64,000 nucleotides of DNA from an uncultured Gemmatimonadales bacterium (GCA_963798915.1 CAWCVB010000002.1:320001-384000); one strand, 5' to 3'; positions 1 through 9,885 are shown, numbered from the stretch's first letter. Notes: a model not told the origin generated them from the letters alone. Program-made: numbers and translations.

Positions 1-1
1 G

Positions 2-970
2 GCGGCGCGCACCGGCAAGTCGGACGTCGGTTCCAGTGAGACGCTCACGCTGCAACTCAGTTACCGGCCACCGTTTGACTGGAAGGGCCTGCTCGCGTTT
101 CTGGCCGCGCGCGCGATTCCGGGCGTTGAAGCAGTACGGAGTGATGCTTGGTTACGCACAGTGCGCCTGGGTCAGCAGGTCGGCTGGGTGGCGGTAACGC
201 ATGCGCCGGCCAGGCGCAGTCTGCGAGTGGAATTTTCCCACTCACTTGTGCCAGTGCTGCCTGCCCTCCTGGCCCGGATCCGGAATCTCTTTGACCTCAC
301 CGCCAGGCCCGACCTGATCGAGGCCCATCTGGCACAGGACCCTCGCTTGCGCGACCTGGTCGCTGAAGCTCCCGGGCTTCGGGTGCCCGGCGCCTTCGAC
401 AGCTTTGAGCTGGCGATGCGCGCCATCCTGGGCCAGCAGGTGACCGTCAAGGGCGCCACGACGCTGGCAGGACGCGTCGCCGAGGCCTTCGGAGACGCGA
501 TCACGACACCGCATCCCGAACTCGCTCGCCTCACGCCCACAGCCGAGCGGGTTCGGGCGCTCGATGCAGCAGCGCTCGGGTCGCTTGGTATTACCGGTGC
601 CCGTGCCCGTTGCATCATTGCCGTTGCGGACGCCATGGCCTCAGGCCGGCTCCGGCTGGACGCGGGAGCTGATCCTGAGGCGATCATTGCGGCGCTCAAG
701 GGGCTTCCGGGAATCGGGGACTGGACCGCGCAGTACATCGCGATGCGGGCGCTGCGCTGGCCGGACGCCTTTCCCGCCGGTGACATCGCGTTGCTCAACC
801 GGCTGGGTGTTGGCGCGAAGGAAGCGGAAACGATGTCGGAGGCGTGGCGGCCCTGGCGCAGCTATGCGGTGATGCATGTCTGGCTCGACAGGTCGGGCAA
901 GGCGGGCAAGGCGGGCAGGACGGACGGGTTCGAGTCGAACCGTCATTCCCGCGCAAGCGGGAATCCATGA
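2..970 (+). CDS. alkA: AlkA-type DNA-3-methyladenine glycosylase II (5'-truncated by window edge; probably C-terminal part of an Ada-AraC-AlkA fusion)
   Basis: Frame is open from base 2 (LQLSYRPPFDW = AlkA_N). Has RAILGQQV, the HhH motif LPGIGDWTA, DAFPAGD with the catalytic Asp, and WRPWRSYA. Confidence 0.9.
   Translation, partial: AARTGKSDVGSSETLTLQLSYRPPFDWKGLLAFLAARAIPGVEAVRSDAWLRTVRLGQQVGWVAVTHAPARRSLRVEFSHSLVPVLPALLARIRNLFDLTARPDLIEAHLAQDPRLRDLVAEAPGLRVPGAFDSFELAMRAILGQQVTVKGATTLAGRVAEAFGDAITTPHPELARLTPTAERVRALDAAALGSLGITGARARCIIAVADAMASGRLRLDAGADPEAIIAALKGLPGIGDWTAQYIAMRALRWPDAFPAGDIALLNRLGVGAKEAETMSEAWRPWRSYAVMHVWLDRSGKAGKAGRTDGFESNRHSRASGNP
894..928 (+). repeat. 9-nt tandem repeat (CGGGCAAGG)n inside the alkA 3' end
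   Basis: cgggcaagg-cgggcaagg-cgggcagga-cggacggg, translated as GKAGKAGRTDG. Confidence 0.7.
941..968 (+). repeat. REP-like palindrome family A (CGTCATTCCCGCG-N2-GCGGGAATCCAT)
   Basis: Hairpin TTCCCGC/GCGGGAA. Homologous copies at 9969-9996, 15156-15183 and 15224-15251. Confidence 0.85.
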
Positions 971-1026
971 GGGCTCCCCCGGGGCATGGAGGGCCGGATG
1001 GGCAGAGGCAGGCGGTCGCGCGATCA

Positions 1027-1116
1027 TGTCATCCTGAGCAAGCAGGGCGAGCGAAGGATCTACCTGCCCGGGTCCCGACGCTGGTCAGCAGATCCCTCGC
1101 GTTGCTCGGGATGACA
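1027..1116. repeat. Inverted pair of REP-like family B elements (TGTCATCCTGAGC...GCGAAGGATCT), REPIN-like
   Basis: 1027-1061 and inverted 1090-1116 (agatccctcgcgttgctcgggatgaca). Same family at 7436, 9190-9272 and 58229-58407. Confidence 0.85.
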
Positions 1117-1118
1117 AG

Positions 1119-1140
1119 AGGGCACGGCATGCCGTGCCCT
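1119..1140. repeat. Perfect 22-bp palindrome AGGGCACGGCATGCCGTGCCCT (REP family C variant)
   Basis: Self-complementary. A related copy with a GTAG tetranucleotide is at 7404-7431. Confidence 0.75.
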
Positions 1141-1181
1141 TAACGGCTGCCATCCACGAGCTTCGGTCCGCATGTCCGCCT

Positions 1182-1679
1182 TTAAAATCCCGGCATCTTC
1201 TCGTCCGCTGTGGGCCCGTACACCATGGGCACCGGCACATCGAGCAACCTGAGATACACCGTCAGCTGACCGCGATGGTGACTCAGGTGGCTGATGTGCT
1301 GCCGGATGACCGACCGGCGTGGGGCGGTGAAGATCACACGCTCGCCACGCTTGAGGGACCAGGGCCGATCGAAATCCTCCTCGCTGGATTCCTGCAAGGC
1401 CTCCCGCGCTGCTTCAACGTTCTGGTCGAACCCGACGAGCAGGTCCTCGGTGCTCTGGTACGAATAGCCGCCGGCCCTGGCCAGATCCAGCGCAGGTTCG
1501 GTCAGCGTATTGGCAATCCATCCAGGTATCCAGGAGACCAGCTGGGCCAGATGTCCCAGCGCAAAGGACTTGGGATGCGGTTTCCACTGGGCCTTGTCGG
1601 CGGGGACGCGTTCCAGCACCCGGCGCGTGGTGCGCATTTCTTCGTCGAAGTCGGGGAGCGGCGAATTGGAGAGATCCAT
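1182..1679 (-). CDS. DinB/DUF664 superfamily protein
   Basis: WKPHPKS..LGHLAQLV and HLSHHRGQLTVYLRLLDVPVP..YGPTADE. GGAG-free but clean ATG start. Confidence 0.88.
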   Translation of the reverse strand: MDLSNSPLPDFDEEMRTTRRVLERVPADKAQWKPHPKSFALGHLAQLVSWIPGWIANTLTEPALDLARAGGYSYQSTEDLLVGFDQNVEAAREALQESSEEDFDRPWSLKRGERVIFTAPRRSVIRQHISHLSHHRGQLTVYLRLLDVPVPMVYGPTADEKMPGF

Positions 1680-1738
1680 GGAGGTAGGGGTCAGGGGTTA
1701 GGGACTGGGGGCTGGAGCTGTGAGTTGAGCGCCCGAGG

Positions 1739-2389
1739 CTACTTCCAACGTACCCCCGCTCGCAGCGGAAGGTACGAGAATGGAGTGGAGAGCGCGTAAG
1801 TACCCGCCTCCGCCTGGGTAAACGCATGGGCAAAGGTGAGGTCCAAGATCAGGTCCATGCGGCCTGAGACCGGCACATCGATGCCGGCACCGGCCCGCAA
1901 CCCGAGTCCGGTGCGCGAGGCGCCGAAGCTGACGACGCCGAGCCCGCCATGAATGCGGGGTTGTACCGCGCCATCGCGCAGTCGCTGTGAAATATCGAGC
2001 CAGGCAGCCCAGAGTGAAGCGGTCGGGGCGTTGGTTCGTGTCGTACCGCTCGGAATGCCCGCTTCGAGTATTACGGGGAGTGCGAGTTCTCGCTCGGGGA
2101 AGCGCCCATATTCAATTTCCGCACTGAGGGCTGTTCCTGCGCGCAGGTCGTAACCGATAGCGACCGCACCGCCCGGCCCTGGATTCCAGCGGCTGCTGAA
2201 TTCTGTGGGGTTCAGCGGGACGGCAGTGGCGGCAAGCGCGCGTACTTCGATGCGACCGGATGGCGCCTGGGCGGGGAGAATGGAAGTCATGCTGCCCAGG
2301 AGTAATGCGGTCGAGCCAAATGACATGGCGATGAGGTGAGTCACAGGATCTCCGATCCTGGGAACGACGGAATCAGAGGGAAGCTCCAT
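1739..2389 (-). CDS. Outer-membrane beta-barrel protein (start uncertain)
   Basis: Alternating beta-strand pattern (GGLGVVSF, GLRAGAGIDV) and C-terminal PLRAGVRWK beta-signal-like end. Confidence 0.6.
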   Translation of the reverse strand: MELPSDSVVPRIGDPVTHLIAMSFGSTALLLGSMTSILPAQAPSGRIEVRALAATAVPLNPTEFSSRWNPGPGGAVAIGYDLRAGTALSAEIEYGRFPERELALPVILEAGIPSGTTRTNAPTASLWAAWLDISQRLRDGAVQPRIHGGLGVVSFGASRTGLGLRAGAGIDVPVSGRMDLILDLTFAHAFTQAEAGTYALSTPFSYLPLRAGVRWK

Positions 2390-2428
2390 GGTGACAACTT
2401 AGCCAAACCCGGCCCACAAGTGATGTTA

Positions 2429-3646
2429 TCACTTCTCCGCGGGTTGGCCGAGACCGAACCGTGCGACCCGCTCGACGCCGTCCGCGTCAGGATCCTTGGT
2501 CAACAGATAATCGCTCCCGACTTCGAGCAACTCCTGGTTGGAGGGCATCGAGAACCGGCAGGTGTAGCGGCCGGTGGAATCGAAACCGACCCAGTGCTCA
2601 ATCTCGGTTGACCCCGGCCGACTGAATACTCGTACCCAAAGCCGTCCGTCCCGGCCAATTCGGACTCCCGTGAACGCCGGCAACTCATCTGCGACGGGGC
2701 GATCGTCGCGCAGCGATGGCTCGAGGAAACGCTTCCGCACTTCTGGCGACGCATCGACGAACTCAGCTTCCTCCGCTCGCCGCGCTGCGGCGAGCAGATC
2801 AGACGTGATGGTCTGATCCTGGCCGGTCCAGCGGACAATACGTCGAATAGCATGGCTGCCACGAGCATCGCGCATCCTGAGTTCCGGACGCGCGCCATGG
2901 CCGGAGGCGATGCGCGTGCCACCTCCGGCGACCTGGGCATGAGACTCAAACCAGGGGGCCAGCAGGAAGGATTTGGAGGCACCGGGAAGGACGCCAAGTC
3001 GGCCATTGGGGAGGGTCTCCAGCGTGTCCGCCGCCGCCCCATCGGGTGAGTAGAGCGCGGTCGTGATCTCTCGCATCTTGAAGCCTGGACCGGTCAGTTC
3101 AGGCCATTCGTCATTGGCAAGCACCATCCACCCATCGGCAAGTACCTCAATCACTGCAGGCGGGTTGACGAAGGGCGGTTCTGGCCGAATGGTCCTGACC
3201 CATGTTCCGTTCTGGTCAAATACGAGGAACTGCCAAGGCCGGTAGTCGCCTACGTATATCGTGTCGCCTCGAGTCAGCCAGATGTAGAAGGCATCGCTGA
3301 ATTCGCCCGGTCCTCGGCCACGGCGCCCCGAGCGCATCAGGAACTTCCCGTCCGGACCGTAGTAGCGGATTTCCTCAGTGCCCTGATTTACCAGCACGAT
3401 CCGGCCGTCACTCAGCTGGGTTGCGCCGAAGACGCGGTGAAGCATGTACTCTTCCGGTCCTTCGGCTACGCCGATGAGAACTGATGGCGTGGTGTCCACC
3501 GGGCAGATCGCCGGCAGGCGGGCAAGATCATTGGTGACGATTGCGACGCCCGCGCTGTCGCGCACCGTGACCGGAGTTGAGGTCTCGCCACCGGTTGCCG
3601 AGCAGGCTATCAGCAGTGCAAGAGCGCCCAGCAAGAATCGCATCAT
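2429..3646 (-). CDS. 6-bladed beta-propeller (NHL-like) lipoprotein
   Basis: Lipoprotein signal MMRFLLGALALLIAC, VRDSAGVAIV, GRRGRGPGEF repeat, DADGVERV C-terminus. Confidence 0.75.
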   Translation of the reverse strand: MMRFLLGALALLIACSATGGETSTPVTVRDSAGVAIVTNDLARLPAICPVDTTPSVLIGVAEGPEEYMLHRVFGATQLSDGRIVLVNQGTEEIRYYGPDGKFLMRSGRRGRGPGEFSDAFYIWLTRGDTIYVGDYRPWQFLVFDQNGTWVRTIRPEPPFVNPPAVIEVLADGWMVLANDEWPELTGPGFKMREITTALYSPDGAAADTLETLPNGRLGVLPGASKSFLLAPWFESHAQVAGGGTRIASGHGARPELRMRDARGSHAIRRIVRWTGQDQTITSDLLAAARRAEEAEFVDASPEVRKRFLEPSLRDDRPVADELPAFTGVRIGRDGRLWVRVFSRPGSTEIEHWVGFDSTGRYTCRFSMPSNQELLEVGSDYLLTKDPDADGVERVARFGLGQPAEK

Positions 3647-3653
3647 GGCTGTC

Positions 3654-4109
3654 TCATCGTTGAGTCGACTCATGCGCGGCAATGACGCGCCAGCCTTCGG
3701 GGCGTTTCCGCCAGACCGTGGTCGCGACGAACTCGCCGGTGCTGACAGACCCATCGGCGGCGGTGCGCTTCGATGAGAGCGCACTGGTGACAATCACCGA
3801 CGAGGAGTCGAGCACCGTAAAGATCGGGTCGCCCCGCTCGGCATAGACCACATCCGAGGCACCATTCTGCCACCACTTGAGCTGTTGTTCCCGAAGGGCG
3901 TCGAAACCGCGGATGATCTCGCCATTGAACACGAAGATCAGGTCGGGACTCCGCAGGTATGACGCAAGAAAACCGTCGGTGTCGTGGGCATTGGCGGCAG
4001 CCATCTGCTCGTCCAGCACCGGCCTCAGCTCCTGTTCTGGTGCCTGGGCTCTGGCGCTTCGGCCCATGAGGAGGAGCGCCACGCCGGTGGTCGCGATCAG
4101 TCGTCGCAT
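3654..4109 (-). CDS. NTF2-like / SnoaL (DUF4440) exported protein
   Basis: Signal peptide, AANAHDTDGFLASY, and C-terminal VWRKRPEGWRVIAAHES. Confidence 0.8.
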   Translation of the reverse strand: MRRLIATTGVALLLMGRSARAQAPEQELRPVLDEQMAAANAHDTDGFLASYLRSPDLIFVFNGEIIRGFDALREQQLKWWQNGASDVVYAERGDPIFTVLDSSSVIVTSALSSKRTAADGSVSTGEFVATTVWRKRPEGWRVIAAHESTQR

Positions 4110-4154
4110 GATGTGCGCCTCGGGTGCGGGGTGATAGGCTACGATACGGACGCT

Positions 4155-4212
4155 CGGCAGGACGGGCAAGGCGGGCAGAATTCAGGGCGGGCAGGGCGGG
4201 CAGGGCGGGCAG
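4155..4212 (+). repeat. 9-nt tandem repeats (GGGCAGGAC / CAGGGCGGG)n
   Basis: Two adjacent runs of about 3 units each. Confidence 0.7.
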
Positions 4213-4382
4213 TCGGGCTGGCATTCCCCGCGCACGCGGAGCATCCATCCCGCCCCTGAAACCCCCGCCCGGCCTCCCCCGTATTGCCCCCTGCGCTTGC
4301 ACCTTCCCGGCAGGGTGCTACCATCCAGTGTTCAGCCGGCGCCCACCGTCTTGGCCCGGCCGCACCCAGGAGAATGCCAGGT

Positions 4383-5093
4383 ATGATCCATCCATTTGCC
4401 CGGCGTCTGGCCGGCGCGATGGCTGCCGCCGCCGTGCTGACGGCCTGCAGCAGCGCCACCGGTCGCGCCCAGAACCCGGCTGTTACCACCGTGTCCGCCG
4501 CGCCGGCCCAGGGTGAGGCCGCCGCCATCGCCCGGGCCCGGGCTGACAGCGCCCTCCGCCCCTATACCAAGGCGGATATCGACTTCATGAACGGCATGAT
4601 CGCCCATCATGCCCAGGCCGTGGTGATGGCCAAGTGGGCCCCCACCCACGGTGCGAGCCCGGCCGTCCAGCGGCTTTGCGCCCGGATCGCCAATGCCCAG
4701 CGCGACGAGATCCGGACCATGCAGGGCTGGCTGCGTGACCGCCAGTTGCCCGTCCCGGTACCTGACACCACCACCGGCATGGGCATGATCATGAATGGCA
4801 CCGTGCATCACATGATGATGCCGGGCATGCTCAGCGCCGAGCAGCTGCATGCGCTCGACCAGGCGCGGGGCGAGCAGTTTGACAAGCTGTTCCTGCAGGG
4901 CATGATCAGCCACCACCAAGGCGCTGTTACCATGGTGGATGACCTCTTCGGCAGCTACGGTGCGGCGCAGGACCAGCTCACCTTCAAGCTGGCGAACGAT
5001 ATCAGCGCCGACCAGACGACCGAGATCGAACGGATGCAGAAGATGCTGGTCGCCGTGACGTTCGGCACTTCACCGGCGTCCTCCAATCCATAG
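4383..5093 (+). CDS. DUF305 family ferritin-like (CopM-like) lipoprotein
   Basis: Lipobox VLTAC and two MIxHHxxA motifs (MIAHHAQA, MISHHQGA). Met/His-rich linker. AGGAG upstream (alternative ATG at 4374). Confidence 0.88.
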   Translation: MIHPFARRLAGAMAAAAVLTACSSATGRAQNPAVTTVSAAPAQGEAAAIARARADSALRPYTKADIDFMNGMIAHHAQAVVMAKWAPTHGASPAVQRLCARIANAQRDEIRTMQGWLRDRQLPVPVPDTTTGMGMIMNGTVHHMMMPGMLSAEQLHALDQARGEQFDKLFLQGMISHHQGAVTMVDDLFGSYGAAQDQLTFKLANDISADQTTEIERMQKMLVAVTFGTSPASSNP

Positions 5094-5124
5094 TCCCCAC
5101 TCCGACCCTCCAGAGGAATCTGCC

Positions 5125-7149
5125 ATGGTATCCGTGTTCGAGGCCCGCCCGTCGAGGGGCCGATTCAGCAGGCATGCGATGCTCGCCGCGTCGCTGGCCA
5201 CCGGGCTGCTGCTCGCGTCGGCCTGCTCGCAGTCCACCTCCTCGTCGTACAGCACCTCGCCGGCCCCCTCGTCCTCATCGGCTTCGAGCAACATGGCCAT
5301 GTCGGCGCCCAGCCCCGATCCGCGGGTAGGGCTGAAGGCCGGCCTGCAGGATGCGGAAGAAGCGTCCTGGAACCTCACTGTGGTCTCCCAGACGCCCAAG
5401 CCCGACGGCTTTGACAACACCAATTCCGACCTCGCCTTCCTGGGCAAGTATGCCATCCAGGGCAATTACAACGGCTGGCAGATCTGGGACATTTCCAATC
5501 CCAAGCAGCCACGGCTTGAGACCGGCTACATCTGTCCGGCCTCGCAGAGCGATGTCTCGGTCTACCGGAACCTGCTGTTCATTTCCGGTGAGGGCCTGGG
5601 TGGCCGGATCGACTGCGGCACCGAGGGCGTGCAGGATACGGTGAGCAGCGAGCGGCTTCGCGGCCTCCGCATCTTCGATATCAGCGACATCGCCCATCCG
5701 CGGAACGTCGGTAATGTGCAGACCTGCCGTGGCTCGCACACCCATACCGTGGTGGTCGATCCCAAGGATACCGAGAATGTGTACGTGTACATCTCGGGCT
5801 CGTCGCGGGTGCGTTCGCCCAGCGAGCTGCCGGGCTGCAGCAACGAGTCGCCAGAGGAGGATCCCAACTCGGCCCACTTCCGCATCGAGGTCATCAAGGT
5901 GCCGGTGGCGCATCCCGAGCAGGCGGCCATCGTGAGCTCGCCCCGGATCTTCAATGACCTGGCCGCGCCGCCCCAGCATGGCGAGTCGCCGGCGGACAAG
6001 GCCAGGATCGAAGAGGCCAAGGCCAACGGCGCCTTTGTGGTCGACATCATGGGCCAGGAACAGGTGCTGCCTGACCGCTTTGCCAACAACATGCTGGACA
6101 GCCTGGTCAAGGCGCGGGGCGGCAGCGGTGCGGCGACGGCCGCCGACAGCGCCACGCTGCGTGCGGCACTCCCCGACCTGATCGCGAAGATGATCGGCCA
6201 GCGTCCCGGCCGGAAGCCGAGCGGTCCCGACCAGTGTCATGACATTACGGTATATCCGGCCATCGGGCTCGCGGGCGGCGCCTGCGGCGGCTATGGCCTG
6301 CTGCTCGACATCAGCGACCCGGCGCACCCGGTGCGCATCGATGCCGCGGCCGATTCCAACTTCTCCTACTGGCACTCGGCCACGTTCAACAACGACGGCA
6401 CCAAGGTCCTCTTCTCGGACGAGTGGGGCGGCGGCGGCCAGCCCAAGTGCCGCGCCACCGATCCGCACGAGTGGGGCGGTGACGCCATCTTCACGCTGGC
6501 CAACCGCAAGATGCATTTCCAGAGCTACTACAAGCTCCCCGCGCCGCAGACGAGCGAGGAAAACTGTGTGGCCCACAATGGCTCGCTCATCCCGATCCCG
6601 GGCCGGGACGTGATGGTGCAGGCCTGGTACCAGGGCGGCATCTCGGTCTTCGACTGGACCGATGCCTCGCATCCGACGGAAATCGCCTTCTTTGACCGCG
6701 GCCCGATCGACTCGACCCACATGGTCAGCGGCGGCTCGTGGTCGGCGTACTGGTACAACGGCGTGATCGTCAGTTCCGAGATCGCCCGCGGGCTCGACAT
6801 CTTCGAGCTCACGCCCAGCGCGTTTCTGTCCCGCAATGAGATCGAGGCCGCGCGCTCGGTGCATCTCGACTACATGAACACCCAGGGCCAGCCCCAGTTC
6901 GTGTGGCCCGCTTCCTTTGCGCTTGCGCGGTCGTATGTGGATCAGCTGGAGCGGTCCAAGGGGCTGAGCACGAGCCGCATTGCGGCGGTGCGCCAGGCGC
7001 TGGACGGAGCGGAGAAGGCCACCGGATCGAGCCGCAGCGATGCGCTCAACGCGCTGGCCAGCTCACTGCAGAAGGATGCCGGCGGCTCCAGTGATGCCGC
7101 CAAGGTCAAGAAGCTGTCCGGTGCAGTGAAGGACCTGGCCGGGATGTAA
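5125..7149 (+). CDS. LVIVD-repeat beta-propeller lipoprotein
   Basis: NSDLAF, QIWDISNP, LRIFDISD, LLLDISDP repeats, CHDITV, HSATFNNDG, AHNGSL. Follows the DUF305 gene. Confidence 0.85.
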   Translation: MVSVFEARPSRGRFSRHAMLAASLATGLLLASACSQSTSSSYSTSPAPSSSSASSNMAMSAPSPDPRVGLKAGLQDAEEASWNLTVVSQTPKPDGFDNTNSDLAFLGKYAIQGNYNGWQIWDISNPKQPRLETGYICPASQSDVSVYRNLLFISGEGLGGRIDCGTEGVQDTVSSERLRGLRIFDISDIAHPRNVGNVQTCRGSHTHTVVVDPKDTENVYVYISGSSRVRSPSELPGCSNESPEEDPNSAHFRIEVIKVPVAHPEQAAIVSSPRIFNDLAAPPQHGESPADKARIEEAKANGAFVVDIMGQEQVLPDRFANNMLDSLVKARGGSGAATAADSATLRAALPDLIAKMIGQRPGRKPSGPDQCHDITVYPAIGLAGGACGGYGLLLDISDPAHPVRIDAAADSNFSYWHSATFNNDGTKVLFSDEWGGGGQPKCRATDPHEWGGDAIFTLANRKMHFQSYYKLPAPQTSEENCVAHNGSLIPIPGRDVMVQAWYQGGISVFDWTDASHPTEIAFFDRGPIDSTHMVSGGSWSAYWYNGVIVSSEIARGLDIFELTPSAFLSRNEIEAARSVHLDYMNTQGQPQFVWPASFALARSYVDQLERSKGLSTSRIAAVRQALDGAEKATGSSRSDALNALASSLQKDAGGSSDAAKVKKLSGAVKDLAGM

Positions 7150-7224
7150 GCTGCGGGGGCGGCCTGCGGCCGCCTGTTGGACGCGACGCCGGTGAGTGCA
7201 GCGATGCATTCGCCGGCGTTTTTT

Positions 7225-7461
7225 CAGGACGGGCAGGACGGGCAGGACGGGCGGGAGGAAAGGGCGAAGCCCGTAGGGGCGGGTCTCAGACCCGCCCCAC
7301 CATTGGCACACGTCCCTATGCCGGCATGATTCGACGAACGGGTGGGCGGGTCGACGCTTGCCCAATGGTCACCCGCGGTGGAACCCGATCCCGCATGGCA
7401 CCGGTAGGAGCACGGCATGCCGTGTCCCTACGATGTGTCACCCTGAGCGAGCGAAGGGCCC
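7225..7461. repeat. Composite repeat cluster: (CAGGACGGG)3, GTAG-type REP (7273-7298), GTAG-type REP (7404-7431), family B REP (7436-7461)
   Basis: gtaggggcgggtctcagacccgcccc, gtaggagcacggcatgccgtgtccctac and tgtcaccctgagcgagcgaagggccc between convergent genes. Confidence 0.8.
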
Positions 7462-7470
7462 GAAGCGTGG

Positions 7471-8234
7471 CTACCGCTTTGATCTCACGCTGAACGTGAC
7501 GCGCTGGAAGACCCGGACCCGCACGGGGACGCCGTCCAGGATTCCGGGCATGTACCGGCTGCGCATCAGGCCGTGGTATGCGACATTCGCGAAGGTTGAA
7601 TCAGTGAAGAAAAGGGCCGCGGGATATCCATCTTGCCGGCCTTGAGCAACCGGGGCTCCGCCGTGACGCGGCTGGCATCCAGCGGATCCCGGGCGGGCAC
7701 CGAGGGGATAACTGGCACAGGCGAAAGGCGGCTCGACGCCGCCGTCACAAAGAGCGCTTCTATCAGCGCGTTGGCTTCGCTGGCACTGGCATCAACCGCC
7801 CACGGCGTCGTGTCGTCCGTATCGAGAAATACCAGCTGCGGGCGCTCTGACCAGCCCGATCCCTTCCGCTTGCGCAGCACGATGAGCCAACTGCTGTCGG
7901 TGCTGTACATCGGCGGCGTGCGCAGATCGGGCACTGAGTCGCCCTCGACGCGCTGGCGGTAGCTCACCACCGCATGGGCCAGATTGATCCAGTTGGTCAA
8001 TGTGTCGGGGTCAAAGTCGGCGTGGAATGCGTGACGTGTACCGTTGTAGCCGACCGACGCCGTACCGGCCCAGAGCTGCAGCCCGTACGCAGTGTCGGCC
8101 CGGACCAGCACATTCACCGGCCCCCACGAAAATTGTCGCAGGCTGGAGTCGGCGTGCCAGGTCTGCGCCTCACAGGGCGAGACGCCAGCGAGTAGCAGCG
8201 CGGCCGCGAGCCTACCGAATCGCCGTCCGATCAT
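7471..8234 (-). pseudogene. TonB C-terminal-domain protein, frameshifted near 7630 and apparently internally shortened
   Basis: The ORF ends at 7566, but the shifted frame reads GYPAALFFTDSTFANVAYHGLMRSRYMPGILDGVPVRVRVFQRVTF..* (TonB_C-like) to a TAG at 7471. Confidence 0.65.
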
Positions 8235-9154
8235 GACGGAACCTCCCTCTTCTCAATCCCCAACCCCCAACCCCCGACCCCCAACCCCTGACCCCCCATC
8301 CCGTTCACCGCCCGCATGATTCGCCCCACGGTGCCCACTTTGAGTCCGTCTTCTCGACCGGCAAAAAATCCTTCGTTGATCATCGCCTGCGAGAAATCGG
8401 TGACCTCCTGAAAACCGAGCTCCTGCAGCTCGGTGATCAGCGCCGCGGGATCGAAATAGGTCCGCCACGGTTCGCCGATTGCCTTGAGCCGGCGCCGCCG
8501 GAGCGCGAGAAGCAACCGCACCATGATGGGCTGGGTCTGGGGTGGGACAAAGTAATCGAATACGATGCCGCCACCGGTGGCCGCCGCTTGGGCCACGAAT
8601 GCAAAGGTTGCGTCAATGGCGGGACGTTCGAGATACGGTGTGACACCGAGCCAGGAAAAGAATGTGGGCGCGGCCAGGTTCAGGCCGGCGGCAACGAGCG
8701 CGTCTTCCAGGCCATGGCGCGCAAAGTCCACCGGCACGAACGGCTCGGGTGAGGGAACCGCAATATGTCCCTGCGTCAGGCGCTCGCGCTTCCAGCCCTG
8801 GGTCGCCGGATGGTCCACTTCCCAGACACGCAGCCCGGGCCAGGGATTCCGGTAGGCAAAGGTGTCGAGTCCGGCACCAAGTACTACATACTGTCGGAGT
8901 CCCTGGCTCACGAGTTCGGCGAGTGTGTCCTCCGCGATCCGGCTCCGCGCCGCCAGAAAAGCGCGAAGGAAGCGGTCCGAAACGCGATGCGCTCGGAAAT
9001 TGGGATTCCGTTCCAGGGCCCTCGCCATGTCGGGACCCAGGATCCGCAAACCCAGCGGATCGACGAAAACCGGCGGCTGGTCAAGGAGCTGGTGCGCAGC
9101 CCGGCGTGCTGCCACAAGCCAGGCGGTACGGCTGGGGGATCGGAGGGTGGTCAT
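8231..9154 (-). CDS. Class I SAM-dependent methyltransferase (LCM/TIGR00027-like)
   Basis: PSRTAW, QYVVLGAGLDTFAYR, WEVDHPATQ, PTFFSWLGVTPYL, GEPW. Confidence 0.9.
   Translation of the reverse strand: MTTLRSPSRTAWLVAARRAAHQLLDQPPVFVDPLGLRILGPDMARALERNPNFRAHRVSDRFLRAFLAARSRIAEDTLAELVSQGLRQYVVLGAGLDTFAYRNPWPGLRVWEVDHPATQGWKRERLTQGHIAVPSPEPFVPVDFARHGLEDALVAAGLNLAAPTFFSWLGVTPYLERPAIDATFAFVAQAAATGGGIVFDYFVPPQTQPIMVRLLLALRRRRLKAIGEPWRTYFDPAALITELQELGFQEVTDFSQAMINEGFFAGREDGLKVGTVGRIMRAVNGMGGQGLGVGGWGLGIEKREVPS
8254..8297 (+). repeat. 7-nt tandem repeat (CAACCCC)n inside the methyltransferase 3' end
   Basis: caatccc caacccc caacccc cgacccc caacccc tgacccc, encoding the GGQGLGVGGWGLGI tail. Confidence 0.75.
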
Positions 9155-9189
9155 GAGTCACGGGTCGCGGGCCATGTCATTGCGATTCA

Positions 9190-9272
9190 TGTCATCCTGA
9201 GCGAAGCGAAGGATCTGCTCGCCCGCTTTCGGAGCCAGACTGGCAAGATTCCTCGCTCCGCTCGGAATGACA
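9190..9272. repeat. Inverted pair of family B REPs
   Basis: tgtcatcctgagcgaagcgaaggatct ... agattcctcgctccgctcggaatgaca. Confidence 0.85.
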
Positions 9273-9292
9273 CACTTTCCCGCGACCCTTGC

Positions 9293-9829
9293 CTACTCTT
9301 CCTTCTGATTCGCCGTCGGCGGCAGCAGCCCGTTGAACCGGAGATAGATGGCGAGCTGGCTGTAGTGGTCGGCCCAGTCCGCCACTGTGACTACCATGAC
9401 GGTGGCGCGGCTCGACTTCCGCCCTCCAAAGAACGGCAGCTCTTCCGCCAGGTTCGAGTCGTCCAGCTTGGCCAGCGCCTGGTCACAGAAGGCAAATGTC
9501 TCCTTCACCAGCGAGACCAGCTCGGCCTTGGCCGCCGTGTCGGCCACTTCCGTCCGCTTGGGCGCCTTCATGCCCCCGATCGTGCCGCAGAGGAAGTCGT
9601 TTCCCTCGGCCAGATGATTGGCGATCTGGCCCACGCTCATCTGGGCCGGTGTCGGCTTGTAGCCGAACTTGTCGGCCGGCATCGCCTCGAGCGCGGCGAC
9701 GAGGTTCTTCCCCGCCCGGGCGGCGTCGGACCTGAACGCCTCCGCGACCGGATTCTTCGACTGGGCCGACAGCGGCTGCGCCGCCAGGATGCCGACCAGC
9801 AGTCCCGCCGTACAGATGGATACTCGCAT
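9293..9829 (-). CDS. Exported DinB family protein
   Basis: Signal peptide, MPADKFGYKPTP, GQIANHLA, DHYSQLAIYLRFNGLLPP. Confidence 0.85.
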   Translation of the reverse strand: MRVSICTAGLLVGILAAQPLSAQSKNPVAEAFRSDAARAGKNLVAALEAMPADKFGYKPTPAQMSVGQIANHLAEGNDFLCGTIGGMKAPKRTEVADTAAKAELVSLVKETFAFCDQALAKLDDSNLAEELPFFGGRKSSRATVMVVTVADWADHYSQLAIYLRFNGLLPPTANQKEE

Positions 9830-9885
9830 GGCACTATCCCACGTTGAGGTTGCAATGATGTTGCTTCCGGTTGGGGGTTTCGGCT

